Positions 40,750-49,032 of a DNA stretch of 64,000 nt are shown piece after piece; the first letter of the stretch is position 1, and each line of letters starts with the position of its first letter. The notes beneath the pieces are model-generated. The model was not told the DNA's origin and did not search any database. It saw nothing but the letters and a program-made list of their open reading frames with translations. The stretch is from Candidatus Peribacteria bacterium (GTDB lineage Bacteria > Patescibacteriota > Gracilibacteria > Peribacterales > Peribacteraceae). The stretch is taken from assembly GCA_041691135.1 (NCBI GenBank), contig JBEPVF010000001.1:64001-128000 (forward strand), given 5' to 3'. The position numbers were made by a program, and so were the translations under genes.

Positions 40750-41604
40750 ATGCGACGCATCTCCTTTTCCTTTCTGGCTTTTGCTTTTGTCTGGTGCCTA
40801 TACGGCGTTGCCGCCCATCCGGTTGCGTATGCGTTCGATGTGCCGCCCAACGACGGATTTGTCACGGATCTGACGGGAAAATTAACGCCACAGCAGGAGC
40901 AGGATCTGGAGCAGAAGCTGACGGCGTATCGTCAGAAGACGAGCAATGAAATTGCCATTCTGTTCGTGAATAATTTGGGCGGCGAACCGATTGAGGATGT
41001 CGCTCTGCAAGTCGGTCGCAAATGGCAAGTGGGAACAAAGGAGAACAATAACGGCATCCTCATCGTGGTGTCATACGAAGATCGCAGCGTGTACATCGCG
41101 ACAGGTTACGGTTTGGAAGGCGCTGTGCCGGATATTGTGGCCAAGGGCGTGATCGATACGGATATGCTGCCGGCGTTTCGCGATGGAAAGTATTACGAAG
41201 GATTGGCGGCGGGGACTGATTCGCTCGAAAAACACATCGGCGGCGAATACACGGCGGATCGGTATGCGACGCAAGATGGACCGGGTTTGTGGGGCGTAGG
41301 CGTCGTTTTCTTTTTCATCTTCTTCAATTTCTTCACTGCGTACCTCGGCCGTTCCAAGTCGTGGTGGCTCGGCGGCGTGATGGGTGGAATTTTCGGTGTT
41401 TTTATCACGGCGCTCTATACCTGGTGGCTTGCGATTCCGCTTTTCATAGCTCTCGGTTTGATCTTCGATTTCATCGTCTCGAAAAATCCACGCGGGCCGG
41501 GTGGTCGCGGCGGTCGGGGCGGATGGGGTGGCGGCTTTGGCGGGGGATTCGGTGGCTTTAGCGGCGGGTCGTTCGGGGGTGGCGGGGCCGGTGGACGCTG
41601 GTGA
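40750..41604 (+). CDS. TPM domain protein (YgcG-like)
   Basis: NNGILIVV, TGYGLEG, Gly-rich GGSFGGGGAGGRW tail; follows lemA. Confidence 0.92.
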   Translation: MRRISFSFLAFAFVWCLYGVAAHPVAYAFDVPPNDGFVTDLTGKLTPQQEQDLEQKLTAYRQKTSNEIAILFVNNLGGEPIEDVALQVGRKWQVGTKENNNGILIVVSYEDRSVYIATGYGLEGAVPDIVAKGVIDTDMLPAFRDGKYYEGLAAGTDSLEKHIGGEYTADRYATQDGPGLWGVGVVFFFIFFNFFTAYLGRSKSWWLGGVMGGIFGVFITALYTWWLAIPLFIALGLIFDFIVSKNPRGPGGRGGRGGWGGGFGGGFGGFSGGSFGGGGAGGRW

Positions 41605-41701
41605 GCTTTCGGTGTGTGATTCCTCAGAAAACGGCTGAATTCACAAGACAGTTCCATTGGCTCAGCGAGCGATTTGGGGCACGATAATGAACGAATTGCC
41701 C

Positions 41702-42652
41702 ATGCGATACCCTCTTCTTCTTGTCGGCGCCTCCGTTCTGGTTCTTACGGCCTGCGTCTCGCATCAGGGTTTGCCGGCGGATCAGGTTCTAAAAAAAGCT
41801 GCCGGCGTGGGACAGAATCTTGAGTCAGCCGATTTTGATGGCGTCGTTGATTTTAACTGGAAACAAGGAGCGGCCTCGTACATGTTCCATCTTATTCTCA
41901 ATGGCACGCTCAATAATGCGGGACGTGATACGCAACTTGGCGTCGCGGCAACCGGCACCATTCGCGATGCAACGCAGTCGTACGACATAGATGCGAACGT
42001 ACAAACCATTTCGCTCGACAACGGAGAAAACGTCTACCTTAAGCTCGACAAACTGGATACATCACCGGCGTATCCGCCCCTCAGTGGCAAGCAACTGCTT
42101 TCGTTTATGAACCGCTGGTGGAAACTGCCATCGGATAAAAAACCGGCCGACGCGCAGGCCATCACCCCCGATCCGCGCTTGCTCCGTGCTCAAACCGAAA
42201 TAGTATCGGTGACTAGCGATCATGGGATCCGTTCGGTCGACGGCCACAACGTGTACATGTATGACGTGACAATCGATCATGCGAAGCTGGCGGCTTTCCT
42301 GCGCACGTTGGCCACGCAGAATGCACAGGCTTTCGACGAGAGCCAAACCGAAGCTTTCTGGCAAATGTTCGACGCCAAGGGTTCACTCGAAATCAATGCC
42401 GACACGTTTGCCATCGAGCAATTGACATGGAAGCTCGAACCAACCAAGGGCTCCGAAGTACCGGCCATTACCTTCACCATTCATTTCTCCAATCAGAATC
42501 ATGCGGCCAACATCGCAGCGCCGCCTGATTACACGGTCTATACCAGTACGTTGCTTCCTCAAACCGAGGCTTCTCAATCGGAAGCATCCGCATCGTCGTC
42601 AATCTCCTCAGGAGCATCTTCACGTGTAACAAGTTCGTTTTCTTCCCGTTGA
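41702..42652 (+). CDS. Putative lipoprotein
   Basis: Lipobox LTAC after a hydrophobic signal; Ser-rich tail. Confidence 0.75.
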   Translation: MRYPLLLVGASVLVLTACVSHQGLPADQVLKKAAGVGQNLESADFDGVVDFNWKQGAASYMFHLILNGTLNNAGRDTQLGVAATGTIRDATQSYDIDANVQTISLDNGENVYLKLDKLDTSPAYPPLSGKQLLSFMNRWWKLPSDKKPADAQAITPDPRLLRAQTEIVSVTSDHGIRSVDGHNVYMYDVTIDHAKLAAFLRTLATQNAQAFDESQTEAFWQMFDAKGSLEINADTFAIEQLTWKLEPTKGSEVPAITFTIHFSNQNHAANIAAPPDYTVYTSTLLPQTEASQSEASASSSISSGASSRVTSSFSSR

Positions 42653-42654
42653 CC

Positions 42655-44742
42655 ATGGCTGACGAAAAACTTGTGCCGGCTGCAGATGCCAATCCTTCTC
42701 AGGGCGGCCCGGTGCTCGACGGACTGACGGCCGAAAAGAAAGTATCTACCGCGCCATCGTTGCCATCGTCTGATGTTTCCGGAAAAGAGGTATCGCGCGC
42801 CAAGCATTTTTTACTGATGGTCGGCGGCGGTATCTACACGCTGTACGTACTGTGGTGCATGTTCCTTTTGTCGGTGTTGCCGACGAGCGGCCCGTTGCGA
42901 TCACTCGTGGGAGCAGGCCTCTTGTCAGCCATTGTGGCGGCAGCCGTGTTGCTCGGTGTCGGGTTCGTTGCCATGCAACGCATTGCGAAGTCCGATGTGT
43001 CGAATGCGACCCGCACGCGCAGCCTCATCAAAACGGTAGCGGTGGTGGCCCCGGGTTTATTGCTCAGTGCAGCTGTTCCACTGCTCATCTCTCGCGCACC
43101 GCCGCTGTGGATCGATATCGTGGATCCTGCCAATGCCCAGGACTTTGTGGCGCCGTTGGCCGTGACATTCTCGGCCGAAAGTGCGGTGAAGGAGTTGCAG
43201 CAGGAAGGACTGAAGCCGATCCATTTTGCGTGGGATTTTGACGCAGATGGAAAACCGAATGACGATACGGTCGTTCCGACATCGACAGGAATTTTCAATA
43301 AACAGGGAATATACGTCGTATCGGTACATATTGATTTGGCTGGCGGCAGCAGCCGAACGATCAGCACTCGTTTCACTATTCCCAGTGCGGTCTTTTCGGT
43401 ATCGCCCATCAAACCTATTGTGGAGCGGCCGGTAAAATTCAGCGTCAGTGATCTACTGTCCGCTCCGGAGTCACTCAAACAGATTCAGTGGGATTTTGAC
43501 GGCGATGGAACAGTGGACGAAACATCGACGAAACCCGAGACGGTCCATACCTATTACGCCGTGGGTCAGTACGCCGTGACGGCCACCTTGCAATTGGCGA
43601 ATCAGAGTCAGACGACATTCAAGCGACAAATTGATGTCGAAGTTGCTCCGCCGTTGCCCTTTCCTATAACGTTGACCAGTGACCCGGCAACGCTCGTCGG
43701 TCCGGCACCGTTCGGTGCCAGCTTCCGCATCACAACGGATGAACCGCTGCGCGAGATCGAATGGTCGTATGGCGACAATAAAGATGAACGGGGTGCCAAT
43801 CTTAAACGTGTGCTCCACTCGTGGGGAGTGACGGGCATTTATCCGGTGACGGTGAAGGCACGATCGGCCAGCGGATCGCTTGCCGAACTGTCGACGCTTG
43901 TGCGTGTCACCGACACATTGCAATTGTCGGACTTGAATTTTGAGGGAACGCCGGCGATGGATAACAGCGATACGATTCAGGGCGAAGCCCCGCTCACACT
44001 GCAACTGACACCGTCGACGAATACGCCACTCGTCCAATTTTCGTGGGAAGCGCCGGATGCCAGTGTGTTCAGTGCGACGGGCGCGGCATTGCACGCGATC
44101 TATCGCAAAGAGGGAAATTACAAACTCACGCTGGTGGCGCAGGATCCCGAAGGCAGCGCTATGCGAAAGGTCATCACCGTCAAAGTCCTACCGCCGGCTG
44201 CGCTGCCGGTTATCGATATCCGGCCGGAGTCCGGTGAAGCGCCACTCAAGATCACCTTCGACGGTTCGAATTCGTTCGTCCCTCAAGGAGAGAAGATCGC
44301 CGGTTTCGAATGGACGTTTGGTGACGAGGATCAGGGGACGAAGCCGGAACTTGGCGTGGCACGTACCGAACACCTCTACGTGAAGCCCGGTGAGTATCAG
44401 GTGCAATTGCGCATTGTGATGGCTTCGGGAGCTGATGCAAAGGCCACTCGCACGATCGTCATTCGTCGACCGGCGCTTACCGCCTGTATTACGGCCAGTC
44501 GCTTACAATTGCAGGTAGGCCAGGGCGTGGAGTTCAATTCCTCATGTTCCACCGGTATTCCCACCAGTTACCTGTGGGATGTACGATCCGACACGCAACC
44601 CGATGTCGTGTTGGCGCAAAGTCCTTCCGCCAAATATGTCTACGCCTTCGATAGTCCCGGTTCGTACAAGGTTAACCTCACCATCAAGGATGACTGGGGC
44701 AACCAGGATACGAAATCTCTTTCCATTACCGTCACACCATGA
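42655..44742 (+). CDS. Membrane-anchored multi-PKD domain protein
   Basis: Three N-terminal TMs; repeated WDFDGDG / WTFGD / PG.Y.V.L PKD signatures. Confidence 0.88.
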   Translation: MADEKLVPAADANPSQGGPVLDGLTAEKKVSTAPSLPSSDVSGKEVSRAKHFLLMVGGGIYTLYVLWCMFLLSVLPTSGPLRSLVGAGLLSAIVAAAVLLGVGFVAMQRIAKSDVSNATRTRSLIKTVAVVAPGLLLSAAVPLLISRAPPLWIDIVDPANAQDFVAPLAVTFSAESAVKELQQEGLKPIHFAWDFDADGKPNDDTVVPTSTGIFNKQGIYVVSVHIDLAGGSSRTISTRFTIPSAVFSVSPIKPIVERPVKFSVSDLLSAPESLKQIQWDFDGDGTVDETSTKPETVHTYYAVGQYAVTATLQLANQSQTTFKRQIDVEVAPPLPFPITLTSDPATLVGPAPFGASFRITTDEPLREIEWSYGDNKDERGANLKRVLHSWGVTGIYPVTVKARSASGSLAELSTLVRVTDTLQLSDLNFEGTPAMDNSDTIQGEAPLTLQLTPSTNTPLVQFSWEAPDASVFSATGAALHAIYRKEGNYKLTLVAQDPEGSAMRKVITVKVLPPAALPVIDIRPESGEAPLKITFDGSNSFVPQGEKIAGFEWTFGDEDQGTKPELGVARTEHLYVKPGEYQVQLRIVMASGADAKATRTIVIRRPALTACITASRLQLQVGQGVEFNSSCSTGIPTSYLWDVRSDTQPDVVLAQSPSAKYVYAFDSPGSYKVNLTIKDDWGNQDTKSLSITVTP

Positions 44743-44831
44743 AGCGCAAGAATCTCATTCGCATAGCTGCCGTCGCCGGTATCGTCGCTATTGTAGCCGG
44801 TGCGTTGCTGCCGACACTCATGAATTTGTAA
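44739..44831 (+). CDS. 30-aa single-TM peptide coupled to the PKD gene
   Basis: ATGA overlap; MKRKNLIRIAAVAGIVAIVAGALLPTLMNL. Confidence 0.55.
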   Translation: MKRKNLIRIAAVAGIVAIVAGALLPTLMNL

Positions 44832-44855
44832 GACAAGCCGTGGGGGCGGCTTGGG

Positions 44856-45128
44856 TTAGGGGGTAATGCAGTCTGACAGTTTTACGGCGGGAACCTCGGC
44901 TTCCCCGATCGTTTCGGAAAGGGAAACAGTCAAGATGTGCCGGTCCACGACAACTTTGAGCTCTGACACATAAATCGTGCCAAGATCGAACGATGTCGTC
45001 TTTCCTTCTGGCAACATCGCTGTCAGGACGTTGTGTTCCTCGACTTCGTGGATCGTGAGATCGATCAAGGTCCTATCCTCACCCCGATTGTAGCCATTGA
45101 TCCAAATACCGACTGCCTTTTTCTTCAT
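44856..45128 (-). CDS. 90-aa hypothetical protein enclosed by a 9-bp inverted repeat
   Basis: MKKKAVGIWING...; AAAGGA SD; GCCGTGGGG (44837) / CCCCACGGC (45146). Confidence 0.65.
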   Translation of the reverse strand: MKKKAVGIWINGYNRGEDRTLIDLTIHEVEEHNVLTAMLPEGKTTSFDLGTIYVSELKVVVDRHILTVSLSETIGEAEVPAVKLSDCITP

Positions 45129-45251
45129 CGTACTATTCCTTTCTGCCCCCACGGCATCCTCCCTCCAAAAAGAGAGGATGGATAGAGACATAAATGCTGC
45201 CGCACGCTCCGGAGTGGAGCGTGCGGCGAACCCTGGAACAGTAGGAAAATA

Positions 45252-45494
45252 TCATGAGACGACGAGCATCCGACGGGTCCATTCGTTGATTGTTTCGAAA
45301 CGAATGTACGCTTCCGGATGGATCTGTCGTGGAAGGCGGAAACGCGGCGGAAAATCGGACCGCCGGTCCGAGAGGACATGGTTGGCCCAGTTCCTCAGAA
45401 GCCAGAAGTGATCGACCTCCAGCTGTCTGCAGACAGCATTAATCGAGTCACCGTCGACAACGATACCGCTTCGATGATTACTTCGGACTGTCAT
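45252..45494 (-). CDS. 80-aa hypothetical protein enclosed by a 10-bp inverted repeat
   Basis: AAGGAG SD; ACCCTGGAAC (45230) / GTTCCAGGGT (45513); followed by a 12-bp GC hairpin at about 45199-45227. Confidence 0.65.
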   Translation of the reverse strand: MTVRSNHRSGIVVDGDSINAVCRQLEVDHFWLLRNWANHVLSDRRSDFPPRFRLPRQIHPEAYIRFETINEWTRRMLVVS

Positions 45495-45591
45495 AAATTT
45501 GCTCCTTGGATAGTTCCAGGGTAATTGGGGTGGAATGCTGACTCGTTTGAATCAGCATCTTTCCCCGCATCGGTGATGACAAAGAACTACG

Positions 45592-45748
45592 AAAAATCTC
45601 CCGCGGGGAAGGGAGGCGATTCGCAGTTCAGAGTCGTTGCGAGTTTACAGCCCCCCTTCCGCCGTAAGGCAGAGTGCGAGGAGGCCGAGAGTGTTGATAC
45701 GAGAATGCATGTCTGGGCAAATTCTATTTATGATTTATAGGATGTCAA
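45592..45748 (-). promoter_or_regulatory. Leu leader-peptide attenuator (leader ORF 45645-45710)
   Basis: TTGACA-N16-TAGAAT promoter; leader MHSRINTLGLLALCLTAEGGL; terminator CTCCC...GGGAG-aTTTTT; antiterminator GCGGAAGGGGGGC/GCCTCCCTTCCCCGC. Confidence 0.72.
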
Positions 45749-45792
45749 ATTGCCCAAAGCTGCATGTAGATATTTTAGCTTCCAGAAGCCAT

Positions 45793-46800
45793 TTATATGA
45801 CTACTGTTTCCAATGGAATCGAAGCGGATGTTTCGAAAGAATCATACGCAGCATCCCCTTGTAGAAAAAATCCTGCCGCTGCGATCATGGCTGCGTTATC
45901 AGTACAGTAGGCGAGAGCGGTGGGTGTTCTGACTACGAGAGTTGGATCAACAATTTCGCGAAGCATCGTTCTGAGTCGTTGATTCGCCGACACACCGCCG
46001 ACGATATGGACTTCGCGCACGTTGGGATATGTAGTGAGTGCATGAACCAAGCGGTCAGTCAGATGATTACAAATGGCGAGCTCATACGAAGCTGCGACAT
46101 CTTGTTTGTTCAGTGTATCGCCCAGGCCACGAAGCAAATATCGCAGTGACGTTTTGAGACCCGAAAAACTGAAATCAAAAGAATCATCTGCTTTGAGCGG
46201 CAATGGAAAATCGTGAGCATGCGTATTCCCGTCCTGTGCCAAGCGGGCCAAATGCGGCCCGCCGGGGTAGGGGAGTCCGAGCATGCTTGCACCTTTGTCG
46301 AACGCTTCACCTGCGGCGTCATCACGCGTGCGCCCCAAAAGTTTTCCATTCAGATGGCTCGTTCGATACCACAGATCCGTGTGACCACCGGAAACAGAGA
46401 GCGTGAGAATGGGAAATACAGGAGTCGATTCACTCGCCAACCAGGTTGAACTTAGATGACCGAATGTGTGGTGTACGCCGATGAGCGGCTGGTTCCACGC
46501 GGAAGCGAGGACTCGAGCGGTGGTTGTACCGACGAGCAATGAACCAAGCAAACCTGGTCCGCGGGTTACAGCAATCGCATCTAGATCGGATGGTTTGATG
46601 TCAGCTTCTTTCAGCGCCTGATTGACGATCGGAATCATGCACTCGATCATCATGCGTGCGGCTTGTTCGGGGATCACGCCCGCCAGCTCAGCGAATGTTT
46701 TCTGTGAACTGGCGATCACCGAACTGAGCACAATCTGACCGTCTTCGACGACCGAGGCCGCCGTTTCGTCGCACGATGTTTCGATGCCTAAGATACGCAT
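45793..46800 (-). CDS. tsaD: tRNA threonylcarbamoyltransferase TsaD
   Basis: GIETSCDET, GPGL, SGGHT, DDAAGEAFDK, FSFSGLKT, TDNAAMI. Confidence 0.96.
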   Translation of the reverse strand: MRILGIETSCDETAASVVEDGQIVLSSVIASSQKTFAELAGVIPEQAARMMIECMIPIVNQALKEADIKPSDLDAIAVTRGPGLLGSLLVGTTTARVLASAWNQPLIGVHHTFGHLSSTWLASESTPVFPILTLSVSGGHTDLWYRTSHLNGKLLGRTRDDAAGEAFDKGASMLGLPYPGGPHLARLAQDGNTHAHDFPLPLKADDSFDFSFSGLKTSLRYLLRGLGDTLNKQDVAASYELAICNHLTDRLVHALTTYPNVREVHIVGGVSANQRLRTMLREIVDPTLVVRTPTALAYCTDNAAMIAAAGFFLQGDAAYDSFETSASIPLETVVI

Positions 46801-46886
46801 AGGGGCGAATCATAACATTCTTTATTGGCTGGATATTCATATTTTTTGAGAATTGCCAAGTTAAGAGAATCGGTTACCATAGATAT

Positions 46887-47279
46887 ATGGACATAAAATT
46901 AGAGACAGCTCCTGGACAAGAAGAAGTAGAATGTATTGAATTTTACTGCGTTTCAGATAAGCCTTTTGGCTTGCATTTGAGTACAGCGGGTCGATTGGCA
47001 AGAGGTGTGGCTGACATATTATTGAAGGGAGCAGAAGCTGAAATAAAAGTCTCTGAACACACAGCAAACGCATCGAGTATTCTGGGAGTCATGAGTCTTC
47101 GTATTGCTGAAGATATGCCATTTACCATCACGCTTAAAGGACCAGCAATACTTGTTCATCAAAACCGCCTAAGCGTGGAACGGCTTTTGCGAGGTATGGA
47201 TTTGCTTAGGCGCCATACCCCTCGAGTAGTAGTTCTTTGTACGCTTCGCATACGCTATGCTGTGGCACAGTTCGCATGA
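46887..47279 (+). CDS. HPr-family phosphocarrier-like protein (divergent)
   Basis: GLH (His15-like) and NASSILGVMSL (Ser46 region); lacks the ARP of GLHARP. Confidence 0.6.
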   Translation: MDIKLETAPGQEEVECIEFYCVSDKPFGLHLSTAGRLARGVADILLKGAEAEIKVSEHTANASSILGVMSLRIAEDMPFTITLKGPAILVHQNRLSVERLLRGMDLLRRHTPRVVVLCTLRIRYAVAQFA

Positions 47280-48088
47280 TTGCCTTCTTTCCTTCCCGCA
47301 TCGTCGCGCTCCAGATCGGCAGTTTTCAAGTGCACTGGTACGGCATCATGTATCTGCTGTCGTTCATTCTCGCTTATGTGCTGCTTCCGATTTTGCAAAG
47401 ATACAGAAAGCTGATTCTGACCCGGGATCAGTGGTCGACCATTTTGTCATGGGGAATCATCGGCGTCATCGTCGGCGGACGGCTCGGCTACATTCTTTTT
47501 TACGAGCCGGTGTATTATTTTCAACATCCGGAAAAAATTCTGGCCGTCTGGGAGGGCGGCATGGCATCGCATGGCGGCTTTATCGGTGTGTCGCTGGCGA
47601 TGTGGTACGTGATGCGGAAGATAAAAATTCCAGCCGGGTCACTGGCTGATACGATTGTCGTGCCCGTTGCCATCGGTTTGGCATTCGGACGTTTGGGGAA
47701 TTTCATCAATCAGGAACTCTATGGCTATGTAACGACATTGCCATGGGGCATCAGTATTCCCGGTGTCGAAGGCTTGCGGCATCCGACACAGATTTACGAG
47801 ATGATCGGTGATCTTGCGACTGCAGCCCTCTGCTTTGTGCATCTCCGAATATCTCAGCAACCGCCGTACGGCAAAACGTGCGCACTGTTTCTGATGTCGT
47901 ATGGTGTCGTACGGTACCTGGTCGAAATGGTACGCGTCCCGGATCACTCGGTTGTGCATATTGGATCAATGATGCTCACTCGCGGGCAACTCTATACGAT
48001 TCCGATCTTCCTCGTCGGCCTGGGTCTGTGGCTTTGGTTATCACGCACCAAAAACATCACGCCATCAAAAGCGACAATTGCTCGTTGA
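47276..48088 (+). CDS. lgt: Prolipoprotein diacylglyceryl transferase
   Basis: HWYGIMY, GGRLGY, GGMASHGG, GRLGNFINQELYG, HPTQIYE. Confidence 0.97.
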   Translation: MIAFFPSRIVALQIGSFQVHWYGIMYLLSFILAYVLLPILQRYRKLILTRDQWSTILSWGIIGVIVGGRLGYILFYEPVYYFQHPEKILAVWEGGMASHGGFIGVSLAMWYVMRKIKIPAGSLADTIVVPVAIGLAFGRLGNFINQELYGYVTTLPWGISIPGVEGLRHPTQIYEMIGDLATAALCFVHLRISQQPPYGKTCALFLMSYGVVRYLVEMVRVPDHSVVHIGSMMLTRGQLYTIPIFLVGLGLWLWLSRTKNITPSKATIAR

Positions 48089-48719
48089 GAATATTTCTGA
48101 GGAATGACCTGCGATGCAAAGGGCATGGCCCGTGTTTCATGATGCGTAACCGATGCACTTCAGCACCGTATCCTTTATGCTCGTGAAAGAGATAATCAGG
48201 ATAGGTGTGATGCCATTCTTTCATCAAACGGTCGCGCGTCACTTTGGCGATAATGGATCCGGCGGCAATGCACGGGTGTATGGAATCTCCGCGAATGACA
48301 GACGTATGCGGGCAATCAAAATGAAACGCATCGCGGCCATCGATGAGCAATGAGGTGGGTTGTATGTTCGTACGCAGTTCATCGAGTGCCAATTGCATTG
48401 CCTGTTCCGTTGCGCGCAGTATGCCATGCGTATCAATCGCAACATTATCGACAATGCCCACCCCGAATGCACAGTGTTCCACAATCCATGTGTACGCCAC
48501 ATCTCGTTGCTCAGGGCTCAGCATTTTGCTGTCGGCAATCAAACAGTCGGCATCTGCAGGGCGCCGGACATAAGGTGACCAGCAGGGGATATGACTACGT
48601 CTCTTGGTAAGTATATTCGGGAGAATGACGGCACCGGCGACTACCGGGCCGGCCAACGCTCCGCGTCCGGCTTCATCGATGCCGGCAATCCGCTCACTCG
48701 TAACAACCGTACTGTCCAT
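48057..48719 (-). CDS. rnhB: Ribonuclease HII
   Basis: GIDEAGRGALAGPV, DSK, IIAKVTRD, HKGYG, HRRSF. Confidence 0.97.
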   Translation of the reverse strand: MDSTVVTSERIAGIDEAGRGALAGPVVAGAVILPNILTKRRSHIPCWSPYVRRPADADCLIADSKMLSPEQRDVAYTWIVEHCAFGVGIVDNVAIDTHGILRATEQAMQLALDELRTNIQPTSLLIDGRDAFHFDCPHTSVIRGDSIHPCIAAGSIIAKVTRDRLMKEWHHTYPDYLFHEHKGYGAEVHRLRIMKHGPCPLHRRSFLRNILNEQLSLLMA

Positions 48720-48807
48720 GGTTGTGCATGCTAGCAGGATTCATTGTGCCAAAAAGGTATTTTACAATTAATTAAAAATGTTGTATAATACAATAACAAT
48801 GATAGTG

Positions 48808-49032
48808 ATGGATCAAACAACGGTTTCGACTCAAAAAACGAAGAAGAAGTTTTCTATCGTACGCAAACATCATGCGACAGTAGAAGAGTTTAATGTGTGG
48901 TACTTGAGAACCGGCGGGTGGGTCGTGCCGGTGATCGCCATCATGACCTTCACCAGGGTTTTTGAAACATTGCAAAAATCAGACTCGCCGGCGGCCCAAA
49001 AAATATTACGCTTTGCCAAGCGTTCGCAGTAA
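48808..49032 (+). CDS. Small hypothetical protein
   Basis: ORF preceded by TTTACA-N17-TATAAT; 3' end overlaps murE. Confidence 0.5.
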   Translation: MDQTTVSTQKTKKKFSIVRKHHATVEEFNVWYLRTGGWVVPVIAIMTFTRVFETLQKSDSPAAQKILRFAKRSQ

